From positions 98,830,001 through 98,894,000 of the forward strand of contig CM059432.1 of NCBI GenBank assembly GCA_030390025.1: DNA of 64,000 nt. The letters are read 5' to 3'. Source of the stretch: Squalus acanthias. Taxonomy: Eukaryota. The position numbers and the translations under genes are program-made. Below the pieces are notes generated by a model. That model was not told the DNA's origin. It ran no database searches and saw only the letters and a list, made by a program, of their open reading frames with translations. Positions 12,263 to 23,243 of the stretch are shown in pieces (position 1 is the first letter of the stretch; every line of letters starts with the position of its first letter).

Positions 12263-14659
12263 GGGAGTGAAATTGGGTATCGCCCCGTCTGGGGCGGTAA
12301 CTTTTGAAATTTTGAAAATTTAGCACCAGACGCTAAGGATTCTGAACTTCTACTAAATTGGTTGTTAGCACCCCAGGAAGGAAGTGGGGCACTAAATCAA
12401 GCGCTAATGACCTCAGCAGAGCACTACTGAATTTCAAGTGCATTGCATTCAGCATTGATCCTTCACACTGGTTCCTTCCAGCTCTTAAAGGGAAGGTTGC
12501 ATTATTATGCAGATGCTCATTTTCAGCATTGTTGGCTTTGAGGTGACCTGTGAGCAACTGAATCCCCTGATGGCTGTGGCTGTTCCCACTCCCAGGGACA
12601 GAACTGGTCGAGGGCGTCCTGCAAGGCCATCTGAAGTCTGTGGCACCGACACTCAGCAGCCTTCGACCAGCCCTGCTGCAGCCACTGGGGATGCACTACG
12701 TAGAAGCAAAGATTAGAAAAGGGGAGTGTAAAGAGGGGAGGCAATGATTTGCACAAGGGTGATCAGTCAATATTGTTCTTGTATATATGTGGTTAATGGT
12801 TTTTGATAAATTTATTACTGGAATGTTGCAGATTTGGTGCTGTGTCTCATTTCAGTTCTGGGGTGTGGTATGGAATCACAAAGTGATGGAATGATGGCGA
12901 CGTGCTCAGCAATCGGAAAGAGGACTGGAAGTCACTGGAAACGAAGTCTGATGAGATGGTCACGGACCAACCTTGCAGAATGCCGATAGAGTAGCTGCCT
13001 CCTCCGTCGCTGCTGTTCGTCCTCCTGTTCCTCCAGCTCCTCTTCTTCCTTCTCCTCCGCCTCCTCCTCCTCTTCTTCCTCCTCTTCCTCCTCCTCTTCC
13101 TCCTCCTTGTCCTCGTCCTCATCTTCCTCCTCCTGAGGTGGTGCGGCTATGCCTGGTGGCAATGGCTGCGCCCTCATAATGGCCAAGTTGTGCAGCATGC
13201 AGCAGACGATGATGAAAAGTGACACCTGCTCAGCCGAGTACTGGAGGGCTCCTCCCGAGTGGTCAAGGCAGCGGAACCATTGCTTGAGCACTCCGATGGT
13301 CTGCTCAATGATGTTCCTGGTGGCAGCATGGCTCTCATTATATGAGTGCTGGGCACGAGTGTTGGGGTTGCGGAGGGGAGTCATGAGCCAGGTGAAGAGT
13401 GGATAGCCCTTGTTTCCCAGCAGCCAACCGCAAGCTTCATGTGGTGGCTGGAATAGAGATAGCACACCGGTCTGGCGCAGGATGAAGGCATCGTGGTTGC
13501 TGCCAGAATAGCAGGCATTGACGGTCAGGATTTGCCATGTGTGGTTGCACACTATCTGTACATTAAGTGAGTGGTAGCCTTTGCAGTTACGGAATACCTC
13601 AGGATTGTTCTGAGGTGCCCGCAAAGCGACGTGTGTCCAGTCAATGGTGCCCTGCACCATGGAGAAGCCCGCTATCCTAGCAAAGCCGCATGCACGCTCG
13701 CGCTGCTTCTCTCTGGTCATGGGGAAGGAAATGTAATCCCTTCTCCTTCTGTACAGAGCATCTGTGACCTGGCAGATGGAGCAATGGACGGCAAACTGGG
13801 AGATGTTGGAGATGTCGCCTGTCGCACACTGGAATGATCTGCTGGCGTAGAAATTGAGGGCAACGGTGACCTTGACTGCCACTGAGAGAGCCGTGGTGGT
13901 CCTGATCTCAGGCTCGAGGTCTGGCTGCAGGAGGTGGCAGAGCTCTGTGACCATATCCTTGTTGAAGCGGCGCCTTCTAACACACTGGTCCTCAGTGAAA
14001 TTCAAGTAGGAGAACTGCCGGAATACCCTGGGTGGATAAGGCCTCCTGTTGAGAGCCCTGTTGGCCCCTCTACCTCTGGCCACATTTTGCACTCTTTCTC
14101 TGTGCCTCAGTTGCCTCCAACGTTGACGCTGGAGGATGAGGTCCAGTGCCAGTACAGCCCCCATGAAAGGATACAAATATTGCACTTTCAAATTTCCCCT
14201 CAATGAAACTCAATACGCTTTATGTGTCACAACACTTGTTAAAATGCAAAACGCTCAAATTGGTCCAAAGGCCTCTTTGCCAATGTGAAATTAACAATGC
14301 AGCATTGTTGACCGACAAAAACTACACCGGAAGTGGACGCCTTTGAGGAGCACTCCTCCAGGGGACATCCGACTGAAAGCCGCCTCCTATACCTGTCGTT
14401 GTTAACAGCAGGTGCACAAGCAGGGGGTGAGGGGGAATTTTTTATCCAGGGCGCAACCAGGGCGCTGCGCACGGCAATGACGTCACCATCTCCAGGCGCA
14501 GGAGATTGAGGCGCAACGTCTTACCACCGCCGCAAACCTTCCGCCGAATTCAGCGGGAGGTGTTGATATCGCCGCACCCAGTCGCAAACTCATTTGCACC
14601 CCGTTAGCGCCCCCCCGGAGGTGCTAATGGGAGGAGCAAAAGAACCCAATTTCTAGCCC
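12263..14659 (-). mobile_element. Harbinger element with open transposase ORF but deleted Myb gene
   Basis: TIRs GGGAGTGAAATTGGGT / ACCCAATTTCTAGCCC, flanks TTA/TTG; only a 3' remnant of the Myb gene remains (~12540-12760). Confidence 0.85.
12932..14164 (-). CDS. Harbinger (HARBI1-like) DDE transposase, uninterrupted ~410 aa; second catalytic Asp replaced by Asn; poly-Glu C-terminal tract
   Basis: ORF 12932-14203, ATG at 14164 by homology to 8547; motifs GTIDWTHV, LLGNKGY (vs LLGDKGY), IIEQTIGVLKQWFRCL. Confidence 0.85.
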   Translation of the reverse strand: MGAVLALDLILQRQRWRQLRHRERVQNVARGRGANRALNRRPYPPRVFRQFSYLNFTEDQCVRRRRFNKDMVTELCHLLQPDLEPEIRTTTALSVAVKVTVALNFYASRSFQCATGDISNISQFAVHCSICQVTDALYRRRRDYISFPMTREKQRERACGFARIAGFSMVQGTIDWTHVALRAPQNNPEVFRNCKGYHSLNVQIVCNHTWQILTVNACYSGSNHDAFILRQTGVLSLFQPPHEACGWLLGNKGYPLFTWLMTPLRNPNTRAQHSYNESHAATRNIIEQTIGVLKQWFRCLDHSGGALQYSAEQVSLFIIVCCMLHNLAIMRAQPLPPGIAAPPQEEEDEDEDKEEEEEEEEEEEEEEEAEEKEEEELEEQEDEQQRRRRQLLYRHSARLVRDHLIRLRFQ

Positions 14660-14702
14660 TTGATCTGTCTGAGGTATTCACCAAAATCACCCAAGGGAGA
14701 TA

Positions 14703-14738
<36 letters not shown>

Positions 14739-14807
14739 TCCGTCTAGATCATCTTCTACCATCCTGGTAGTCGCATGTTACAGTGATAATGTAGTTACTG
14801 ACTAATT

Positions 14808-15530
14808 ACAACAACAACAACTTGTATTTATATAGCGCTTTTAACATAGTAAAACGTCCCAAGGTGCTTCACAGGAGTATTATAAGACAAAAATTTGACA
14901 CCAAGTCACATAAGCAATTAGGGCAGATGGCCAAAAGCTTGGTCAAAGAGATAGATTTTAAGGAGCATCTTAAAGGAGAAAAGAGAGGCAGCGTGGCAGA
15001 GAGGTTTAGGCAGGGAATTCTAGAGCTTAGGGCCGAGGCAGCTGAAGGCATGGCCACCAATGGTTGAGCGATTATAATCAGGGCTGCTCAAGAGAGCAGA
15101 ATTAGAGGAGCGCAGATATCTCGGGGGGTTGTGGGCCTGGAGGAGATTACAGAGATAGGGAGGGGCGAGGCCATGAAGGATGAGAAATTTTGAAAACAAG
15201 GATGAGAATTTTGAAGTCGAGGCATTGCTTAACCGGGAGCCAGTGTAGGTCAGCAAGCACAGGGGTGATGGGTGAACAGGACTTGGTGCAAGTTAGGACA
15301 CGGGCAGCTGAGTTTTGGATGACCTCAAGTTTACGTAGGGTAGAATGTGGGAGACCAGCTAGGAGAGCATTGGAATAGTCAAGTCTAGAGGTAACAAAGG
15401 CATGGATGAGGGTTTCAGAAGCAGATGAGCTGAGGCATGGCGGAGATGAGCAATGTTACGTGTGTGGAAATATGCGGTTTTAGTTATGCTGCGGATATGT
15501 GGTCAGAAGCTCATTTCAGGGTCAAATAAG
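14808..15530 (-). mobile_element. L2 LINE 3' fragment
   Basis: Reverse translation LHGLAPPYLCNLLQAHNPPRYLRSS...AFSCLGPKL; (TTG)n tail. Confidence 0.85.
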
Positions 15531-16735
15531 ATCGTGGGGAGGTCGTCCCGGAATCGGAGGGAGGTTAGGGCCAGGATCGTAGAGAGGTCGGGGCCAGGAT
15601 CGGGAGGGAGATTGAGGCCAGGATCGGGGGAGTGGGGGTCGGAGCCAGGATCGGGGGGAGGTCGGGGCCAGGATCGGGGGGAGGTCAGGGCCAGGATAAG
15701 TGGGAGGTCGAGGCCAGGATCGGGGGGAGGTCGGGTCAGGATTGGGGGGAGGTCAGGGCCAGGATCGGGGAGAGGTCGGGGCCAGGATCGAGGAGAGGTC
15801 GGGGCCCCGATCAGAGAGAAGTCGGCGCCAGGATCAGGGAGAGGTTGGGGCCAGGATCGGGGTGAGGTCGGAGTCAGGATTGGGGAGAGGTCGGGACAAG
15901 GATCAGGGGGAAGGTCGGCCCAAGATCGGTGGGGGGGGGGGTCGGGGCCAGGATCGGGGGGAGGTCGGGGCCAGGATCGGGGGGAGGTCAGGGCCAGAAT
16001 AAGTGATAGGTCGAGGCCAGGATCGGGGGGAGGTCGGGTCAGGATTGGGGGGAGGTCGGGGCCAGGATCGGGGTGAGGTCGGGGTCAGGATTGGGAAGAG
16101 GTCGGGACAAGGATCAGGGGGAAGGTCGGCCCAGGATCGGGGGGGGGGGGGGGTCGGGGCCAGGATCGGGGGGAGGGGGGGGTCGGGGCCAGGATCGGGG
16201 GCCTGGAGGTCGGGGCCAGGATCGGGGGGCGGGGGGGGGGGGGGGTCGGGGCCAGGATCGGGGGGAAGGTCGGGATCAGGGGCCTGGAGGTCGGGGCCAG
16301 GATCGGGGGGAGGCGGGGGGAGTGGCCAGGTTCGGGGGGGAGGTCGGGGCCAGGGTCGGCGGGAGGGGGGGAAGGGCCAAGATCGGGGGAGGGGGAGGGG
16401 CCAGGATCGGGGGGAGGGGGGGAGTGGCCAGGTTCGGGGGGGGAGGTCGGGGCCAGGGTCGGGGGGAGGGGGGGGAAGGGCCAAGATCGGGGGAGGGGGA
16501 GGGGCCAGGATCGGGGGCCTGGAGGTCGGGGCCAGGATCGGGGGGAAGGTCGGGATCGGGGGCCTGGAGGTCGGGGTCAGGTTCGGGGGGGAGGTCGGGG
16601 CCAGGTTCGGGGGGGAGGTCGGGGTCAGGTTCGGGGGGGAGGTCGGGGCCAGGTTCGGGGGGAGGTCGGGGCCAGGTTCGGGGGGAGGGGGGGAGGGGCC
16701 ATGTTCGGGGGAGGCCTGGAGGTCGGGGCAAGGAT
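15531..16735 (+). repeat. G-rich minisatellite, ~22-23-bp unit GGGGCCAGGATCGGGGGGAGGTC
   Basis: Dozens of degenerate tandem copies are directly visible, with strong G/C strand skew. Confidence 0.95.
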
Positions 16736-17099
16736 CCGGACTGGATCAGAGCGGGCCTAGAGTTCGGAGTCAGGAATGAGGTTGGAGATGATAATGGTAA
16801 ATACTTACCTTTTTTTAATTTGGCGCTTTTAGCGTTTGTTTACTCGGAGGCAGACACAAGCCAAATTTGTAAGAGAGAGCAGAAGCAGGTCTTAGGCCCC
16901 TTATTTGAATATGTTAATGGCCTAATGCCTGGTTCAGACAAAGGTAAACAATGCCTCTTGTTTTGACCTCACCAAAATGGCGTTCGGCGTGGCCAGCAGC
17001 GGGATTGGGTGGAAGCGAGGGGGATGCCATTTCTTCCACAAAACTGGCCATAACAGCTGGCACTAAGGTGCCAAATTTCAGGCCCAGCATTTTTTATCG

Positions 17100-17215
17100 C
17101 AGCATCTGTGAAGAGAGAAAGAGATGATCATTGGCCTGAAACGTTAACTCTGTTTCTCTCTCCACAGATGCTGCCTGACCTGCTGAGTATTGCCAGCATT
17201 TTCTATTTCCTTTTA
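17100..17215 (+). mobile_element. Penelope-type terminal fragment with a short inverted partial copy; hammerhead core truncated
   Basis: CCTGAAACGTTAACTCTGTTTCTCTCTCCACAGATGCTGCCTGACCTGCTGAG matches 30983-31035; preceded by inverted CAGCATCTGTGAAGAGAGAAAGAG. Confidence 0.65.
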
Positions 17216-17342
17216 TTTTGTTGCATTGTTCCTCACTGTCAGCTATACCTCCCAGTTTGGTATCATCTGCAAATTTTGATATTAAGTTTCTTGTTCCTAA
17301 GTCCAAATTAATTATGAATAAAAGTGGTCCTTGTGGAACACC

Positions 17343-18265
17343 TGTAGGGAGTGGTTGTGGTAGAAGTCAGCCTTTCCCCTGACTCAGTGAGCGGTTCAAA
17401 TCGCTCCCACGCCCCAGGTTCAAAACTTGGACTTATTTAGGGGTTATGAATAAAGATGCAGTAGACCACAGGTTCCAATGAAAGAACTATAACTTTTATT
17501 AAAATTAAAAGGTAATAAACTTAAACACACTTCACACTTAAACAGGTTTGGGGAACACACGGTTACAGGCGAGGAAAAATAACAGTATACAAGAAAAAAA
17601 AAACTTTATCCCTCCCAAAAATCCCACTTCTAGCTAGGTTTCGGTTTCAGGAGATCAGGGATAATGCTCACCAAACAGGGGTATTAACAGTACGAAATCC
17701 AGCCAGGTAAGTCGATGGTGATTCTGGTCATCGAATGTCTTCCTTTACCATGTGGCTTCTGGGCAGTGCTGAGAGAGAGCCTTGTCCCAGCGTAGTCGGT
17801 GAGTCAAAAGAGAGAGAGCTCTTGGGTCCTGCTACAGATATAGTCCTTTTTTGCTCCCCACCCCCCCGCCCCCCCACAAAACTCCTCACGAAAAACTGGT
17901 TTCGTAATTCAGTGAGTTTTCAGGTGAGGCCTGTTTGTTGTCTTGTTTAAATTTTGATGGGCTTTCAACTATGCTAAACCAAATCAAATGGCTTACATCC
18001 TGTTGCACTGTTGTTCCATGGAAGCTTGCATTGTTCTCCTGCTTTGGGTTCCTTGCTGGGCCTAGCATTCCTATGGGCTCTGTGTTTTGGGTGGGGCGGC
18101 CTTTTCCCAGGGCCTATTGTCCAAATGTTAATGTTTGCTGGGCTTTGAATTCCCAGACCATCCACGTGCCGTACATGTCCAGACATGTTCCTTTAAAGTT
18201 CCAAAGTCCTTATTTTTTTCCTTTCGATATATTTTTGGGGATCTGCAAATTTTGGAAATCTTACA
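17343..18265 (-). mobile_element. Solo LTR (923 bp) inserted in a CR1 remnant
   Basis: TGTAGG...CTTACA termini; perfect 4-bp TSD CACC (17339-17342 / 18266-18269); TTTATT near 17495 gives the orientation; interrupts the CR1 GVPQG-coding region. Confidence 0.85.
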
Positions 18266-19689
18266 CACCGTTTTCTGCCTTCCTCCAATCTGAATAGCTA
18301 CCCTTTACCCCGACTCCTTGCTTCCTAATCATAGCAATCAATCTCTACCAATTAGTCTACAACAGGCCCAGATATGTGGAAACCCCCCGGTGGTGGAGAG
18401 CTTTGGGAACCATAGGTCCAAAGTCACCTGTTTCTCCCAAGCCTGCTACATTTACCACATCATATCTCAAATTACTCACATACTGTATCCTAAAAAGTTA
18501 TTTTCTGAAAGAAATCTATCTAATGTGCAAAGCTAGACAGTTGTCTCCCCTCTACCATGCTTTTTAAAATTTAATTATCAATTCAACAAATTTCCAGTTT
18601 TTATATTTGTTAATATCTGGCAATACCTGTCCGTCCTCTCAAATCCACAAATAATCTGAGGTAGCAACTGTTAAGAAAACCCCTTCCCATGAAAAATGAG
18701 AACTGCACATAAAAAAACCAAAGAACCATAGCAAGTCCAGTTAGATCGCATGAAGCGCAGTGACACTTTTAAAGTAATCAAATAAATGTGATGGAGAAGC
18801 CTATTAGTCTATAAGCACTGACGGGGGAAAAAAGTCCTCTTATATGATTGGTCCCTTTTACACACAATGGGGCCAATTTTGATATTACCCCTTTCATTCG
18901 GCAAGAGGCAGGCAGAGTGAGCCTGCTGCCCACACGATGAAAGTGATTGGAGATTGCCAGGCGTCATTGCCATATTCACACCGAGCTGCCCATGCATTCA
19001 GAGCAGCTCACCATTGGAGGTAGGAGTTGAGGGAATTCCACAAATTGCTGCAAGGAGCCGAGCGGTCGTGGAGAGGCAATCATGGGGCGGGGGCCTGCTG
19101 AGGTTCGGGAATTGGCCAGGTACTTCATGTACAGCCAGGTGGAGCCACGTTTGTGGAACAGACTCCAGCAGCCCTTTAAGGACAGCATGGCATAGTCTTC
19201 CCCTTGGTACTTGAAAATTGCATTGAGTTTCTATTGGCATTTTAGGGCCTCGATTTGCACTGTATAACAAAGCAACTGTCTGTTTCTGCTGGGCACCTTA
19301 GCCTCCTATTTGAAAGTCCCAGTCAAAATAGTAGGTGGAACAATGGTGGGATTAGTGCAATTTTTGAGTACACTATCGTCCCATTCCCACCTGAAACCGG
19401 GGATGAAAATCAGAGCCATGGAGTTTCAACGAGATGGAATACTGCACATTATGGGAACACTGAAAAAAACGCTACAAAATATCAAAGAACTAAAATCAAA
19501 ACTTCACCACTGTACAAGCTGTGCAACGCAAAGTTAGGTCACTTCGTAAAACCGTGTCTGAGATGGTTTGCTTCTTGCTGACAGAACATTTTCCCTCAAA
19601 ATTGTCAATTCTATTCAGCACAGAGAAAAGTCCCATTGGGAGAATTGGCTACTTTTTCAGCAATCACACAGAAACGGATGCAACGACTC

Positions 19690-20110
19690 TGGTGGGGGAA
19701 TAGTTCCTCTACCTTTGTCTGCTCACTGAATCCACCTCCTGCACAGTATCAAGAATTTCCATATCAGTCAGCAATCGAGATGTCAGGATATCAACTTCAA
19801 CAATGGATCCAAAACTCAAGTCTTTTGGCAGTTACAAAAGGGGAGTCACGTACTCAACAAAGCTCGTTGCTTCAGAATTGACCATGAGTGCCTGTGTGGG
19901 ACCCTGGACTATTTCAGATACAGCTGCTGGTGGCATTAGTTTACAGTGCCAGAAACAGTTGGCAATAGATTTGCTTTCAGCTCCTCCTATGATAAATGGA
20001 TTTTGTAGATTATCTGCAGATAATCAATCAAAATGGTACACGCGTAGCAATAACATTTTGCACCAAACATTTATTCTAGCGATGTTAAACTTCTGCATCA
20101 CCACTTTCGT
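19690..20110 (-). pseudogene. Highly degenerate Tigger/pogo-like transposase remnant (copy 2: ~39164-39584)
   Basis: Reverse-strand pieces KCLVQNVIA, AESKSIANCFWHCKL and EVDILTSRLLTDMEILDTV resemble pogo C-terminal motifs in the expected order; recognised by eye only. Confidence 0.45.
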
Positions 20111-20387
20111 TGGTTTTTTGTTCCCTTCAATTTTCTTCCATGATCTTTCCTCTCGTCTCTCCTGAAGATCTTGACTTCCTCGCTGGGATACATTTCCATC
20201 AGTGGCAGTGGTTCAGCGAGTGTCAGCAGGCTATGTAACCTGGACAACATCAAAGCCCAGAATGATCCTGCGCTCATCCTTTATCTATCCACCCAAATTT
20301 CCAGTAGGGGGTCAATAAATAGCAAGCAGGTATGAGAATCCTGACTGATGCGACCTACTTTGATCCATCCGGGGTACTGCGGGCAAT

Positions 20388-20797
20388 TACATAGGATATA
20401 CAGCACAGAAACAGGCCATTCGGCCCAACCAGCCCATGCCAGTGTTTATGCTCCACTTGAGCCTCCTCCTGTCTTTCTTCATCTAAATCTAAATCTATCA
20501 GCATAACCCTCTGTTCCCTTTTCCTTCATATGCTTGTCTAGCCTCCCCTTAAATGCATCTATACTATTCGCTTCAACCACTCCCTGTGGTAGCGAGTTCC
20601 ACATTCTCACCACTCTTTGGGTAAAGAAGTTTCTTCTGAATTCCCTATTGGATTTCTTGGTGACTATCCTATATTGATGGCCTCTAGTTATGCTCTTCCC
20701 CACAAGTGGAAACATCATTTCTGTATCCACTTTATCAAAATTTTTCATAATTTTAAAGGCCTCTATTAGGTCACCACTCAGCCTTCTTTTTTCTCTC
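20388..20797 (-). mobile_element. CR1 3' fragment, same family as 5690-6808 (copy 2: 39862-40271)
   Basis: ORF 20479-20799 EKRRLSGDLIEAFKIM...RRNFFTQRVVRMWNSLP. Confidence 0.9.
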
Positions 20798-21942
20798 ACT
20801 GCTGGCCCGGCTAAAATAAATTAATGTTCTTAATGTGAGCCATCACCAGATATCGTTCAATACCTTCGCTTCAGCCTGAATTTAATACTTAGTTCCATAT
20901 GATAGAAACAATATAAATCTGAAGGGTTTTTGCTGAGAGACAAAGACAGCAAAGGACATGCCCGGCTAATCCCAAAAACTTCAGTAAAATAATTTACAAG
21001 ACCTAGAGGAATGAAGGAGATATTTCAGCAGTTGAAGCAATAAATGTGATCTGCATTAACTTAAACTCATGGTATTGCAGGACTTTAATGGAATGTTTAA
21101 CATTTGATATTTTGTGGATACAATTTGCATCTTAATATTTAATCTTCATAGTTTAATGCATAATATTTGTGAGGTAATGTTTATTGCATAAAGACTAGCA
21201 ATTAGTATTTAATGCATTAGTATTTAAGAAGGTTTACTGGTTAATATTTAATATTATTCAATATTTGATGACTTATTTTTAATATTTAATACAAAGCTTT
21301 AGGTCATTTCAGCTAACTATTTAAGATATAGTAAGAGAGCATTATTCAACTTCTGTAATTCAAAACTAACAAAATCATAGAAAAATGTGTAGATTCTGAA
21401 ATTGCAATTTCATTATCTGGTATATAATTATACAGATTCAGCCTGTGGGCCACTAATTGGCCCCCCTAACTATCTGGATATGATCATCTATCACATTGCA
21501 TGCTTTTGGTTACATTCCTTTTCCAGTAATTGAGGATATTTGCTCCTAACATCATTTTACGACATCGGCGAGTGATTTTCTTTCGCTCTATTTCATCTAC
21601 TTATGGTAATGGGTCTTGGTAATTTCTCAGATAACAAAAAAAATGTTGTTAGAGGAAGGTATAAAATAAGGAAAACCAGCTCCCAAAGAGTGTTTACACA
21701 GACTTAGTTCTGAGTAGAGACCCTAAGTTCTCACACAAGCTAAAAGATAGAAATGGAACTGTGCTTCTCATATTCTGTCACATCTGTAAGGCTGCTCAAT
21801 GTAATCAAAATAAAACATTCTCTCTTTTTGTCTTGCCAGTGTGGCAAGACAAATTGTAGGCACTGGAGGATTAAATAAGTGATATTGGCAGAGATTATGA
21901 AAAGGTGATGTAAGGAATATGTGAGGATTTCCCTACTTAATA

Positions 21943-22240
21943 CAACAAAAACAACTTGTATTTATATAATGTAGTAAAACCTCCCAAGGCGCTTCACAGG
22001 AGCGTTATAAAACAAAATTTCACACCAAGCCACATAAGGAGAAATTAGGACAGATGACCAAAAGCTTGATCAAAGAGGTAGGTTTTAAGGAGCATCTTAA
22101 AGGAGGAAAGAGTGTTAGAGCGATTAAAATCAGGGGTGCTCAAGAGGGCAGAACTAAAGGAGCGCAGATAGCTCAGGGGGTTGTGGGGCTGGAGGAGATT
22201 ACAGAGATAGGGAGGGGCGATGCCATGGAGGGATTTGAAA
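21943..22240 (-). mobile_element. L2 3' fragment (copy 2: ~41417-41714)
   Basis: Homologous to the start of 14808-15530. Confidence 0.75.
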
Positions 22241-22526
22241 TACGAGCAGAATGTGCCCTCAAGGATTTCTCTCTGACATCAGTGAAATGTATCCTTTTCT
22301 ATTTGTTTCACTGAGATGTTAGGCAGCCAAAACATGGTGGAGGAGCTGTTTAAGATAGAATTATAATATTTTTTCCTACTAAGTTACTCATGAGATGCTA
22401 ATCGTGTTAAATATGCTTCCGCCAACAGTTTCCTTGTCCTTTCATGAAGCTGCTTGTTTTTGTTTTGTCACTTATTTTGGACCTGCTACTCATTTAAAGT
22501 GTTACCCATCCTCTAGAACAGAATAC

Positions 22527-23243
22527 GTCCACCTCCATAATATCGCCCATCACCACCAGTGTTCCCTGTAAGCTGCGCTTCGTTCTGCGCAGCCTGTTTC
22601 TTTCAATGCGCGGTCCCTTTAAATATCTGTGCATGCGCAGTATTTCCAATGTAAAAGCTTGTGAGTGGCCTACACAGGACCTTGCAGATCACTGCCCGGC
22701 CGCTTAGAGGGAACATTGGTCACCACCCCTGTCTCAGTCCGCTGCTGCTGAAATTCTCATCAATGCTTATGTTACCTCCAGACTCGACTATTCCAATGCT
22801 CTCCTGGCCTGCCTCCCACCTTTCACCCTCCATAAACTTGACCTCATGCAAAACTCTAGTGCTCGTATCCTAACGCTCAGCATGTCCTGTTCAACCATCA
22901 CCCCTGTGCTCGCCAACCTATATTGGCTCCTGGTCCAGTAAAGCATCAAATTTAAAATTCTTATTCTTGTTTTTAAATCCCTCCATGGCCTCATTCTTCC
23001 CTATCTCTGTAAACTCCTCCAGCCCTACATCCCTCCAAGATCTCTCTGCTCCTCTAATTCTGGCCTTTTGCTCATCCTTGATTTCCATCGCTCCACCATT
23101 GGTGGCCGTGCCTTCAGCTGCCTTGGCTTTCAGTTCTAGAATTTCCTCCCTAAACCCCTCTATCTCTCTTTCCTTCTTTCCTTCTTTTATCACACTCCTT
23201 AAAACCTACCTCTTTGACAAACTTTTTGGTCACCTGTCCTAAT
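22527..23243 (+). mobile_element. L2 3' fragment, interrupted by a hAT MITE and resuming after 28792 (copy 2: 42001-42717)
   Basis: TSRLDYSNALLA- and FKILILVFKSLHG-type L2 motifs. Confidence 0.8.
22557..22718. mobile_element. hAT-type MITE, 162 bp (copy 2: 42031-42192)
   Basis: TIRs CAGTGTTCCCTGTAAG / CTTAGAGGGAACATTG; 8-bp TSD ATCACCAC / GTCACCAC. Confidence 0.85.

Noticed and set aside
12932..14203. Host gene HARBI1
   Set aside because: Lies between TIRs with several degenerate paralogues nearby, so it is a transposon ORF; no gene symbol assigned.
15453..16966. Long Gly/Arg/Pro-rich ORFs on both strands
   Set aside because: By-products of the stop-free G-rich minisatellite; open in several frames with no domain.
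18809..19581. Overlapping short ORFs as a gene
   Set aside because: The region has MITE-like ends (GGGGCCAATTTTG, GGGCCTCGATTTG, GAAAATCAGAGCC) and no recognisable protein; boundaries are too uncertain to call.
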